A stretch of 62,546 nucleotides of DNA, counting the filler, from Collodictyon triciliatum (lineage: Eukaryota), in assembly GCA_043381765.1 (NCBI GenBank). It is 7 parts of 7 records of this genome, joined end to end, with 100 filler letters (N's around TTAATTAATTAA, not from the genome) between each part and the next. Parts side by side here need not be neighbours in the genome. Positions count along the whole stretch, not along the records: positions 40,014 to 49,911 come from JBHJMP010002859.1; positions 50,012 to 54,696 come from JBHJMP010002861.1; positions 54,797 to 62,546 come from JBHJMP010002870.1; 4 more parts are not named here. One strand, written 5' to 3'. Position numbers and translations under genes: made by a program. Positions 43,001 to 54,879 of this stretch are shown here, one piece after another (position 1 is the first letter of the stretch; the number at the start of each line of letters is the position of its first letter). The notes beneath the pieces were generated by a model that had not been told where the DNA came from, made no database searches, and saw nothing but the letters and a program-made list of their open reading frames with translations.

Positions 43001-46000
43001 AAAAATTTATAGACATTAGTGAGTTTAAAAGATTGACAAAACACATATATTGAATTAATTTGTAAATAATTTGTTAGGATGTTGAGCTCCCAGACCTCGT
43101 TGGAGACAGCTGGGGAGCTGGGGTTTGCCATTTTACCATCCCAGAAGTCTGCTGAGGTCCGAGCGCTTTTGAACAAGGTTTACCTTTTCTCAATCATTGC
43201 ATGTGAGTGAGAAGTCTTTGAGTGCCAACATATATAGGTAGTAACGATTCTGTATGGAAACTTAGATATTGTGTGATGGTATTCCTGCCATCCAAAACTG
43301 CGAGGCGGGTCAGAGATTTAATTCGGAGACATCCAGTTGTGAGGCTTGCCCGCCAGGGACCAAAGCAGTGGTGAGGGAATTGTATGCATCTCCAATTGTA
43401 TATTCAGTTGCCATCAATATTCAGTGTTGAAAGAATTACGGCCCACCAATTTGTATTGCTTAATCTTTTGATGTGAATCCCTACGTCGCCTATAGGGCCT
43501 TGATGCACCCTGTGAATTGTGCTCGCCTGGTACATTTTCAAAAGCTAAATCGACGTCTTGCACTCGATGTCCCTTCGGCACCTACACAAACTCAAGGTAA
43601 TTACGGCATTTTATTTCACATCACGTCCCAAAGAGATAAAATAATCATGAACCGAGTAATGATTAACCAAAATTAAAATGTCTAGTGGTTCAGCTGTGTG
43701 CACTAGTTGCCCATTCAACTCAGTAACATACATTACTGGTGGGAAATCCATCATGGACTGCGTTTGCACAAACATGACATTGCCCTCTGATACTTCGGTT
43801 TGGATATGCACATCTATTATTGACACACTTTGCAACCACACATTTTATTATGAACGATATGCCATTATTTCTACATCCAACTATTTACGCATTCCCCTAA
43901 AATGAATTTTCTAGCTTCTTGAAGGCGTTAACTCAACCCTTGAATGTGTACCTGCTGGCGTTGGCGATGTAATTCAGATAATTCATACCTTCAATAAATT
44001 CATACAATCGAGTCACATCCATGGTGTGTTAAATGTATGTTTGATTCATCTAGACTGGCGTATGTGCTATACTCAACGTTGACGCCGATGGAAACCCGAT
44101 GCCAGGATATTGGCTTAATTCGAAAAGTGAAGCAGTCCCATGTTTCCCTTCGTATGTAAGTCGCATTTTAACCTACGGTAAAGTAACGTTAGTTCCCACA
44201 GCATCTTGTTGGTCAAAGGCTCATATCAGAAAATGTGTAGGTTTGTTTGGGAGGGGAACAAAATTTGTGCAAAGATGGCTTTGCAGGAGAGGCCTGCTCT
44301 GAATGTGATACAGATTATGCTAGGGTGCGTCTCACACATATTTCCCAGTCCCATTCTTTTCATGACGATTTTAACAGTTTACCCGCTATTAAATCCCATA
44401 GAAAGTTTCTGATTGGTTTTAATATTCAGGTAGGCCAAGACTGCATCAAGTGCGGTGGCTCGTCTGCGTTTGGTGCCATCATCATCTTTCTCGTGAGTTG
44501 TGCATTTTGCTATTTTTGTTCAAGGTGCCAAGTCCACACCCTGGAAGCGACCTTGAATTTCCTTCAGTTTGCCTCGGTTCTCTCCATCATGCGAGTGCAA
44601 TGGACTGACGAGTGAGTTTATGAGACTGATTCATTTATCTTCCCCATGCAAAGTTAATGAAAAGTAATGGCTCAGAACACTCTTTTGCTAATACCACCTC
44701 AAAGCCTCCTGTCGGTCCTGTACAACTCTCTCCCGGCAAACTGGATTGTGTATCTTTTTGGTTCAAGATGCGATGCCGACTTTGAGTATGTGAATAAAGA
44801 CTTTTGAAGTATATGTGCTCTTGTTACGAACAAATGGGCATTATTGACTCTTATTCTTCATCATGCAGCTATTTCTTCGGATTCGTCACACGCATTCTTC
44901 TGCCGTTCCTTAGCATCGGTTTCTTTTCTACTTTATTCTTGCTGTACATACCTCTGAGAGCTTTGTTGCTCTTGATTCTGCCTCCAGATTCTTCATTGCG
45001 GGACACTCTGGAGAGGAATTTCGCTAGCAAGGTTAGTCGTGTAGTTTAGCTTTAAAGCTTCGTACAATAATTCTTCACTCCGGTTGTGACCTTTATAATA
45101 ATATCAATATTGAAGGTGTTACTATCTTCTCATCACGTGGTCTCCACCGTATTAATTCAAGCTATCTTCTATTCCAACGAGGTGTGTGTTACGCTTTGAG
45201 ATATTTTTTTATGATTTTTGTAAGAATCGCCATTATCCCTGCCTTTCTCATAAGAAAACAAATAAACCACATGTCCAACCCTCTAATTCATCCGCACCGT
45301 TTGCAAATTTACAGGCGAGTTTTGAGTATTTTAAGTGCATTGGTGGAACAGAACAAGATGTCCTTCGTGCTGATGCATCTGTCTCTTGTAAAAAAGGGTC
45401 ATGGGACGAGTAAGCCTGATTGTTCTATCCCAACCCTGACTTATCCCCATTGGATTATATCTCACTCATCTGCTTGTCTCCTCTTTAAGACTGTTAACAT
45501 GCACTTTAATCAGCTTGAGACCCATCGCTATTCTCGGAATTATTCTCCACATGGTTGTCGTTCCTGTGTCCATCATTCGTGTAGCATACAAAGGAACTCT
45601 TGCTAAAGTATCTGACCACGAGTTTGCAAATCGCTATGGCCTCCTTATGTCCAGATTCAAGTGACCGCTCTTTCATCAAGCATATTTTGCTATATTTTGT
45701 GTGGCATAAAGGAGTTTGGCTGTTGATAACTCATCACATATTAAACCACTTATCCCAGGCACTCTCATATTTGGTGGGAAGGCTTCGTGGCTGTCCGCAG
45801 AGTCTTGGTCTATGTTCTGATTGTTTACTTAGGGGACGACCCGCACAAGTGCGTGGCGGTTGTGTCCTCGATTCTGTTGCTCTCTCTTGTTTTCCAGCTG
45901 CAGCAGAAGCCATTCGCAACAGTGAGAGTTCATGTTTTAAAAAAAAATTAAAGAACCAGAAGGATAATAAAAAAAAAAATAAGCGTGTATAATTCAATCA

Positions 46001-46675
46001 CTTATCTGTTATTTTTTTATTTTCTCCGCTGTTGCTTTTCGTAGTCCACAGCGGCCTTTGTGGAGAACTTCCTTTTGGTTTGCAATTACGGACTGCTACA
46101 AGCGGTCTTGATGCAGCAACACCGCGAAGAATCGTCCTCTTCAAGCACAAGCTCTGCTGGATTGGCCATCTTTTCTATCGCCATCGTTGTGGGAGGTATG
46201 GCGTCTAATCAGTATTTCAAAAATCTATTTTCATATTTTGTTTGTCTATTTCATGCTTCCACATTATTTTGTTGCATTTTATCCTTGCTGCAACATCCTC
46301 ATGTGAAGACTTTGCTGATGTTTTGGGCAGGTGTCATCAACTTCTGCGAGATACTTGCTCATCTTGTCCCATCCCAAGCAATGACGCTGAAAGACCCCGT
46401 CGCCTTTGTGAGTTGACAAATTCAAACATCAAGACTGGTTAATGACAGTTATGATATATCGCAATACGAGATAACGGATTTTCATCTTCCTTGCGATAGA
46501 TTGCTCCGCCCTGGTTGCTTGGCGCTGGTGACTTGGTCGAGAAGCAAAAGCAAGGTACGCTTTCATTTTTTTCTTTTTATTCATGACAGTGAAACAAGCC
46601 CTACTTCGATATGTTCTCTGTCTTGACCATTTATCCAAATCGCACACATAACTAGGCCATGGGCGAGTCCGCTAA
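40100..46675 (+). CDS. Tandem PstS-like periplasmic-binding domains + Cys-rich stalk + ~9-TM TRP-like membrane domain; 5' truncated at scaffold start
   Basis: More than 25 GT-AG exons splice in frame: IQGS|GATFP, PVGSGQG, DFAGTD, RLDSSGTT, SYPITGFTY; CEACPPG/CSPGTF/CPFGTY/CTSCP; PGYW; NFLQFAS; RYGLLMSRFK|HSHIWWE..RR; QKPF. Confidence 0.85.
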
Positions 46676-47150
46676 AGAAAGGTGCTGTCTGTTCCTAGCC
46701 CCATCTCTCTCGATAGGAACGCTTCAACTGAAAAAAAGATACCCTTCTTCTTCTCTTATATCTAGCCATTTACACAATCGCGGAAAAAAAAAAGGGAGAA
46801 ATTAAGGAAAAGGATGAACAAGAAACCAGCCCTCTCTTTCTCTTTCTTTCCCACCCCACTTCTGTATATACTGATTAAAGAAAATATCGAATGAAAACGT
46901 AGTGAAAAATATCATCCCATTGAATTCGAATATTGGTGTGGTGCTTGCTGAAAAGATAAGGGATAGAGAAAAACTGCATGGTGTTGAGGTGTCAACGAAA
47001 TCGCTATTCAGGATTTATCTCAACTCAAAGCTCTTCGTCTTTCACAGACTGAATACCAAAAGAATGGGGAACGATATACCCATCGACAGTGGAACCTTTC
47101 TGATGGAGACACATCGAACAGGTGATTGGTTTTGTAACTCTGCCGCATTC

Positions 47151-49701
47151 TTAGGCCTTGGGTGTTCGTCGGGCGACACTGCGCAAATGAAGACGAATAT
47201 GGGATGTGAATTAGTATGTCTCTTAGGATTTGATTGAATTATTTTCTCGTCACACTGTTCAACATTATGAAGGGGGAAAAAACGTCAGCTTCTTCTCGCT
47301 TTTCCCATATGTTGTGTGAAAAGTTTGGCCGCTATCTCTCTTCATTCACACAAAGAAATATTTGTCTATTCTCAGTCTGTTTCTAATGTAAATATTACGA
47401 AGAGGACGTATCCTTGAGGTATCCTGGCGTGTCTCCTTTCTATAGTCACAGCCATGGATTAAGATAAATCGATATTTTCCCGTTTTTCTTTTTAGCGTTG
47501 ATTTTCATCGAAAATATGTATGTATAGATATAAAGGCGTAGAAAAATCGAAATCTCTGGTATTTCTTTGTCATAAGTTCGACTACATGTGTGAACCATAC
47601 CGCAGTCGCATTGTCCAATCCTGAGGCTCCCTTCCTCGCAGCCCTGCTACTGGGGAGAGATTCACGGTCTCGGCTGTGTTGCGAATATTGAGAGGCTGTA
47701 TCTGTGTGTGACTTCCCGCTCTGGTTTGACTTTGGGGAGACGCTACTGGGGACCTTGAAGCCGGTCGAGGATTTGCTCTGTGACTCAGTGGATAACTTTG
47801 CAGCTGTTGCTTTGGCTCGCAAGATAGACGAGCGGGTCTGTGTGGGCTGCGGTGCAATCCGACTCGCTCGAGAGTTGGCCCGTGATACCTCGCTAGTCTC
47901 GCTGGGTTCATATTTGCTCCTTGAAGTCACAGGCACACTATATCGACCATGGTCCTCGTGCTGTTCTTCGGTTTGACGCGACGAATGAAGCCCGTACTTT
48001 ATCAAATGCTCTTCGCTGTCCTCTCCTATCAAGAAAAGAAGGGGGAAGAAACATTAACATTCGAAAGTTTTTTTTTCCTTTATTCGATTCAAAGTATTAA
48101 CATTCGAAAGTTGATATCGACAGTGTCCCTTGGATTAAGACATATATGAACGTATTTACAGTCACATATACGATTTTTATTCTTGGAAAAATTACTATTG
48201 TCGTAGAATGTGGCTTTCGTAATGAAAATCAATATGCAGAAGAGTTAACCTGAAAGGTCGAGATAATATTGTCTACTGGTTTGGGTGTTGATGGCTGGAA
48301 TGTCCTTCGTCTGCTCAGCATCTGATTTCTTTTGTGACAACTCACATAACCTCGACTCAATTGTTTCGATGGAATGCGCGAGCTCGTCGACTTTGGTTCG
48401 CAGGGTTCGTTGTAGGATGGCCTCTCGTTTGCGTGCGACTTCATCCTGTGACTCATCTTTTGTGCCTTCAGCAACATCAGATTCGCCGTAGGTTGGTGTA
48501 CTTTGTGAAGGGGAATTAACTTTGCCTTCCAGGTCTCCAGTTGAGTCTCTGGGCTCGTCGTGGACACGTAAGGTTGCCAGTTTGAAGTTCCTGGACGCTC
48601 CTCTAGGTGGGAGGCCTTCTTTGTAGAAAGAAGGTACAAAAGTGTATTATGTATTGCAGAAAGGTCTTTGAATCGAATAAAGGAAAAAAAATGTATTGCA
48701 GAAAGGCATGGTTCTATCGTCTACGTTTATCATACTGTGGAGGTATTTCAATCATTTGTCGAATTTATCCATTTATCTTTGGTTACGTTTTCAGAGAGGC
48801 ATACCATTTGTATTATTTGTATCGGCCATAAATGACGCTGTCTGTGAGAAATCTGTGGCCGCGTTAGCAGTAATCGAGGTTGATGTCGAAGTTGTGGCGA
48901 TTGTTTGCATATTTGTTGAGGCTATCTTCGCTTCGTTCCTTCGAGAGGAAAGTAAAAGGCAATTTTTTTTGTTAGTATATTCAATACTGCAAGTAATATA
49001 TTTTAATTTCCTCGCTTTAAATCGAAGAAAAAGGGAAAATGCGTATAATTGCTTCCAATAGCTAGTTGAAAGGTAGTAGAAATCATAAAAAGAGAAAGAA
49101 AGAGAATTACTGCTTGGATTTGTCTTCCGGTTGCGTTGGCTTGGCGAAAAAGAAAATGAATGGTCAAAACTGATTGATAGGTTGTATGTATTTTATAAAA
49201 GAAAGCTAATTGATTCCATAATAACCTAATATGTAATGTTGTAGCTTTTGAAAGACATAAACCAAAACAATAGAAAGTCACAAAAGGCGATGAGAGAATG
49301 TATTCAAAGTTTTTTATGAACACCTTGGATTCACCAGAAGTAGTAATTTTAGCGGTTGGTGGCATAATCATAATCGGTTGTGTGTACGACCCGTGGTATC
49401 CCCCTGGGTGGTTAAATGATTTTAATTACATGGTTTGAAATCAACAGTGAAGCACATCGTCAAAAGAATAGATCCTAGAGCGATATGGCATCATATGGTA
49501 AACTTAAGGTAAGAACTGAGGAATGAAACGGTTTTGTTGCAAATACAACCCTTTGATTGTATGGAAAGAAAATAGAGTCGAAATTTAATATAAAGAAACC
49601 ATACTTGTCACACTCAACGATCGGTAAATATTTGTTTGTGGAGGTGCGGTATTAATATGTTGAATGGCATTAGGTGGAAGCATAACACATGGTTCCACCC
49701 T
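47151..49701 (-). CDS. Low-complexity Ser-rich protein with short coiled coil; 5' truncated
   Basis: Exons include EVARKREAILQRTLRTKVDELAHSIETIESRL, the 47584-48030 ORF, KGDTPGYLKDTSSS and VARRTPKA*. Confidence 0.6.
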
Positions 49702-49812
49702 TTCAGATATAAAATGCACAGCTCATAGTTAACAATTGCTATTCAATAAAAATAAATGTAAACATGTATGTATTCTTTCTCTTTTTTTTTGAGGATATGA
49801 TAGTGGTAACCT

Positions 49813-49911
49813 GATGTGTGATGTGTGATGTGTGATGTGTGATGTGTGATGTGTGATGTGTGATGTGTGATGTGTGATGTGTGATGTGTGATGTGTGATG
49901 TGTGATGTGTG
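49813..49911. repeat. (GATGTGT)n microsatellite at scaffold end
   Basis: Direct observation. Confidence 0.95.
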
Positions 49912-50811
49912 NNNNNNNNNNNNNNNNNNNNNNNNNNNNNNNNNNNNNNNNNNNNTTAATTAATTAANNNNNNNNNNNNNNNNNNNNNNNNNNNNNNNNN
50001 NNNNNNNNNNNTTTCACCATCCTTTTCGACACCTTGCGCCATCAAAGCAGTATTCCCTCTACTACATCCAATCAATACCACCCGTCCCTTTTTTTTTTCT
50101 CATACTCGTGGGACACTATCACGCGTCCCCAAAAGAAATCCATGCGTCTCTTTTAAAACCACAAGAACACCTCTCTTTTCCCTTTTTCCCTTGCTTTTTA
50201 TATTTATCCCTGTTTTTCTTTTTTCTTTCTCCCACACATCCCCACCTACTTTGGAACTACTTGCCTGATGGTTGAATGAAAGATTTTTGAGACGGCCTCG
50301 ACAACAATCCTCAAAATGAAAATGTCTGCCCCTGGGAAATGATACCTTAAAAAGAAGTTATGTGAATACATTTCTGAGCGTCCAGTAATAGAAAGCGCCG
50401 CAAATTATTCGGCAGGCTTCCAACGACAAATGGTTGTGACGCAAGAATCAAAAGTCGACCAGATCGCCACGAAGACCAGGGAACCGAAGCGATCTCAACG
50501 CAAAAGACAGGGATTATCGTGTGGCACTCTTTTTTTTCTCTTTTTGCTCGATCTGCCCGTACTCGCTACCAGATCAAATCGAGAACGAAATCGACCCATG
50601 AAAATTTTTTGTCTTGTGTTTGCTCAGGATCTGTAAAAAAAAAAAAAAAAGGGAGCTTTTTTCAAAGTCATTTTCTACGCGTTTAATCTTGGGCGTTGTT
50701 GAACAATAAACGTTGTATTATCTCCCTAGTTGAGGTGCATTATCTCATTTTCGCCCACACCCACTTGTCTTTTCCTCCTGTGAGTTGAAAAAAGTTTTTG
50801 TATTAAGGGCT

Positions 50812-53800
50812 ATGGACTCGCAGCTGCGGAGTGTGTTAGGCTTCTTCCACCGAGGCACGACAACTCTTACCCCGACAGAGAAATCGCCCGTATGGTCTCT
50901 TCATTCCCTGAACTTTTTTTTTTTTTTTACTGCTTCGTCACTTTTTCTTCTCCATGATTTTATATTTAAAATAAAACCCAAACGTCTTTTTCAGGTTGAT
51001 GAATTCCTCAAAACATGCCTCGACTTATGCCAGCGAGACTACGAGATCGATGCTATCTCCAACAAAGAGCTATCATTCTGCCCGACATACCCTGACGTGA
51101 TAATTCTTCTGAACAAGGTCATGCCTACCCAAAATAAAAAAAATACGTCTCAGCTAAATTAATTAACATCTCATCGCAGTTTTTTACAGGAAAAATTCAG
51201 AACAAATCAGGTATCAAAAATATCTGATTTTAATGAACAAAACATATGCTACCTTAATCCCCAAACGTGTTATTGAATGTAAAATTTCCATGCGCAACTT
51301 AAAAATAAAAAATGAATGATGTTCAATATAACTGACCCTTTTATTGGCCTACTAAGGGTAATATTTAGTTTTATTATTTCTCTTGTTTTTCTGTTATTTT
51401 TAATTTGCTTCGGTCCTATGGAAAGATCGTCGTGAATAGTCTTGAAAATGAATCAAAGTGTCTGATTTTAGGACATGCAGATAACAGCGATGGGCTTGAT
51501 TGGAAAGGTATCGCCCAAGTGATTGAATCCTGTAAAGATGCTCGCGTTCGAAGCAGGTTTCCTGTACCTGTCATTTTGTGGAGAAACAAACTTGTTTGCA
51601 GGTCTAGCACTCTGTCTCGTGGTGCCGAAATGGTTTTTCGAGGACCAAAAGAAAAGACGAAGGAATTAATATCGGATGTGTGAGTATAAACAAGCAGAAA
51701 TTCCATCAATAATTTTATTTATTTTTACTTTTGACAAACAATTTAAATTTTGAAGAAAATCTCGCTTAGTTATGGGTTTTGTTTGGACCACGAGACAAAC
51801 CCTTTGGGATTTATTGACAAGATGAGAACACAGGACATTCAACTTTTGAAGCAAATGAATATAGTCCACATTTGCGACTTGATGGTGGAGGATAAAAAGT
51901 CCTAGTAAATTTACATACAAATTAAATAACATGGCGGTGTGTCAGTTTATTGTTGTTCTATTAATTCATACCATCTCTCTAGCTATGGACTTAGTGTTTG
52001 TTCTTCAGAGAAGGCAGACAATCGAGGGCGATATAGGCTGGCGAATTTCAAGCTCAGTGCCATTCCATACCCTGGTTGTTGTTGTTGTTTTTTTTTTCAT
52101 ACAGTTCAAATATCATATGAATATGATGCCATAACGTGTCTTCTGATGAACATCTGGCTAATGCTGGTATTGCCACACTATTTGATATCCAATGTAATAG
52201 GTGTCGAATTCTTTTCAAAGTTTAAAGAGAGCAATTACGATGGTATGTGCACTTAGAAGAAGTTCAATTAATAAAATGTATTAGCGCCACTGTATTGCAA
52301 AAATGGTACATATGAATAATGTTCAAACCATTTATTTATTTATTTATTGTAAAAATAAGACTCGCTGCAAAGACACATTTATTCACTGATTTAAATAAAA
52401 TAAAAAAAACTATTATGAGCACAGTTAGGAATTTATTTTTCGATTGGAAACTTTCAGGAGCTGATGCACAGATAAAGATTGCTAAAACAGGAGATGTACT
52501 TACTGATTGGAACACCTACAAGGATTGGGACATTATCAAACTTACTCAAAAATATTTACAATACATATTCCAGGTAATCGGCTTCGGCCTAGGCATTATT
52601 ATTTTATTTTATATTATATTTTTCCTTAATATTTTCTTAGTTTTATATTTTGAACTTTAAAGTGTATGATTGATGGGGATAGCAAATCTGGGGTACTGAT
52701 TCACTGCATATCAGGTTGGTGGAGTTTTTTTTTTTTATTCATTTTTATTATTGAAAGAATACTATCTTTTTTGCGTCTCTTGCAACGTAATGAACGGATT
52801 CAGTACTTTATATTTTTATTTCACACCATTTCTAGTACTCGATTTAACGTGTTCAAGTTAGGGTGGGATAGAACACCGCTATTTGTATCATTGATTCGAA
52901 TTCTGCTTTGGGCAGAGGGAGAGTGTCATCCATCCCTACAAACCGATGAAATGTTGTATCTGACGCTCACATACGACTGGTTTTTATTCTGGTTTGTGAG
53001 GAAACCTTGCGGATTACTGTATAGAAATGATGCAGACTTCTTGGTTACTAACATACCTATAGGCCTAAATTCTTTCCAAAACATGTCATATGTATATACC
53101 CAGTCATCAATTTGCGGCACGATTTGCTAAAGGAGAAGAAATCATGTATTTTTGCTTTCGAATACTGCGCGAGCTTCTTTCGGACGAATATTCTCTGTGT
53201 CTGCAAGTGGAACAACTGAAGAAATTTGCGGAGCAGAATGCAGTGTCAGACGAAACGAGACAGGACGAGTTTTCGATGTATGAAAATCATACAATGCATA
53301 TTTTACCCCATCCAGATTGTTTTCAATGCCCCTTTTAATCTCCAACCATATAGGAGTCCGACAACACCCCAAGATTCTGTTGTGAGATTATTTTTTTTGA
53401 TTTTTGAGTAAAAGTTTACACCAGTTTAACCAATACAAATGAACTTGTACGTTCACTATTTATGCAATTACAAACATCTTAACGTCCACTCTGATTGACA
53501 GACATATTGCGCAATATTATCAGCCGACCAAACCCAAAGTCAAGGTGAGGAAAAACCTGCCTTTGAGACACAAGACGGCCCGAGAGAAAATCCTAATCTT
53601 ATTTCTGTACCAAGTGTGCGTCATTTACTCCTTAACGCTTCATTGACGCATTTGTTTTCATCACAATTTAGACTATTACGTGAACTTTCTGCTTCCATTT
53701 TTTATACATCGCCAATGATTATTTGTAATTTTAAGACCTATTATCTAATTATTATTTTAAACATGTCGCTCTAGTCTATCGCAAGCGCAATTCAATCAGA

Positions 53801-53874
53801 TTGTACAAAATCGGTACCGATGTTAAAAAGGCACAGCAGGGAAGTAAGAAGTTGCGATAATATTACGAAAACCT

Positions 53875-53933
<59 letters not shown>

Positions 53934-54391
53934 CACTTGTAATTGCATTCATATTCTTTCCACACATTTTTTTTTCTTTACCACTCAAGGCGGACAAGCA
54001 CACACCAGAGAGCTCGCACGGGAGCTGGGAAATGGTTGGGCAATATTTCAACAAGTACCGGGCCCAGTTGCCTTTCACAAACTTTTCAGACACAGTGCCT
54101 CCTGGGGCAGACTGTTGCTCTGCAGAACAAGCGGGGAGCAGTCCCATACCACGAGACAGCAGCTTTGAGCAGGTCTTTGCAGAAGATGCGCAGAGGGACA
54201 CGATACTTTTGAGCCCGCACACGGCTGCTCTATTTTCCACACAGACCCCAACAGAGCGCTCGGAGATGTTGCAACAAAGACGCGAGCGAATCCAGGCAAT
54301 ATCGCACAGATTCGAAGCACTGTACGGCGAGGTGATACTTGGGAGTGAGCAGCAGCCATCCTCTTGGAGTGTCCTTTCATGGCTCCAGTGA
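50812..54391 (+). CDS. MTMR14: Myotubularin-related PI3P phosphatase MTMR14 (Jumpy)
   Basis: ARVRSRFPVPVILWRNKLVCRSSTL; ICDLMVEDK; VCSSEK; IPYPG|VEFF; catalytic HCISG|WDRTPLF; YDWFLF|HQFAAR..GEEIMYFCF. Confidence 0.95.
53880..53933. repeat. (ATT)n intronic microsatellite
   Basis: Direct observation. Confidence 0.95.
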
Positions 54392-54630
54392 AACCCGGCT
54401 CAAGGAGACTTCCATACACAATAAAGCAAGCAAATCATACAGTGCTGATTGAAATGCAGTTGACCTGTCTTTTTTTGTCTTTTTGTCTTTTTTTTTTCTG
54501 CTTTACTGGCGCAGTCGTGGAATATAAACGAGTCCTAAGCGCGCCGTCTGTTGTGGATTCGTTCGCTGCAGCGTGCCGCCAACTCGAGTCTGAAGATGAG
54601 ATTGAGAGCAGGGTTGTCAACTGTCAAACT

Positions 54631-54689
<59 letters not shown>

Positions 54690-54796
54690 CTTTTTTNNNN
54701 NNNNNNNNNNNNNNNNNNNNNNNNNNNNNNNNNNNNNNNNTTAATTAATTAANNNNNNNNNNNNNNNNNNNNNNNNNNNNNNNNNNNNNNNNNNNN

Positions 54797-54842
<46 letters not shown>
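54797..54842. repeat. (CA)n microsatellite at scaffold start
   Basis: Direct observation. Confidence 0.95.
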
Positions 54843-54844
<2 letters not shown>

Positions 54845-54879
54845 TCGTTCATACTTTACATATTTTGTATTCAAATTAG

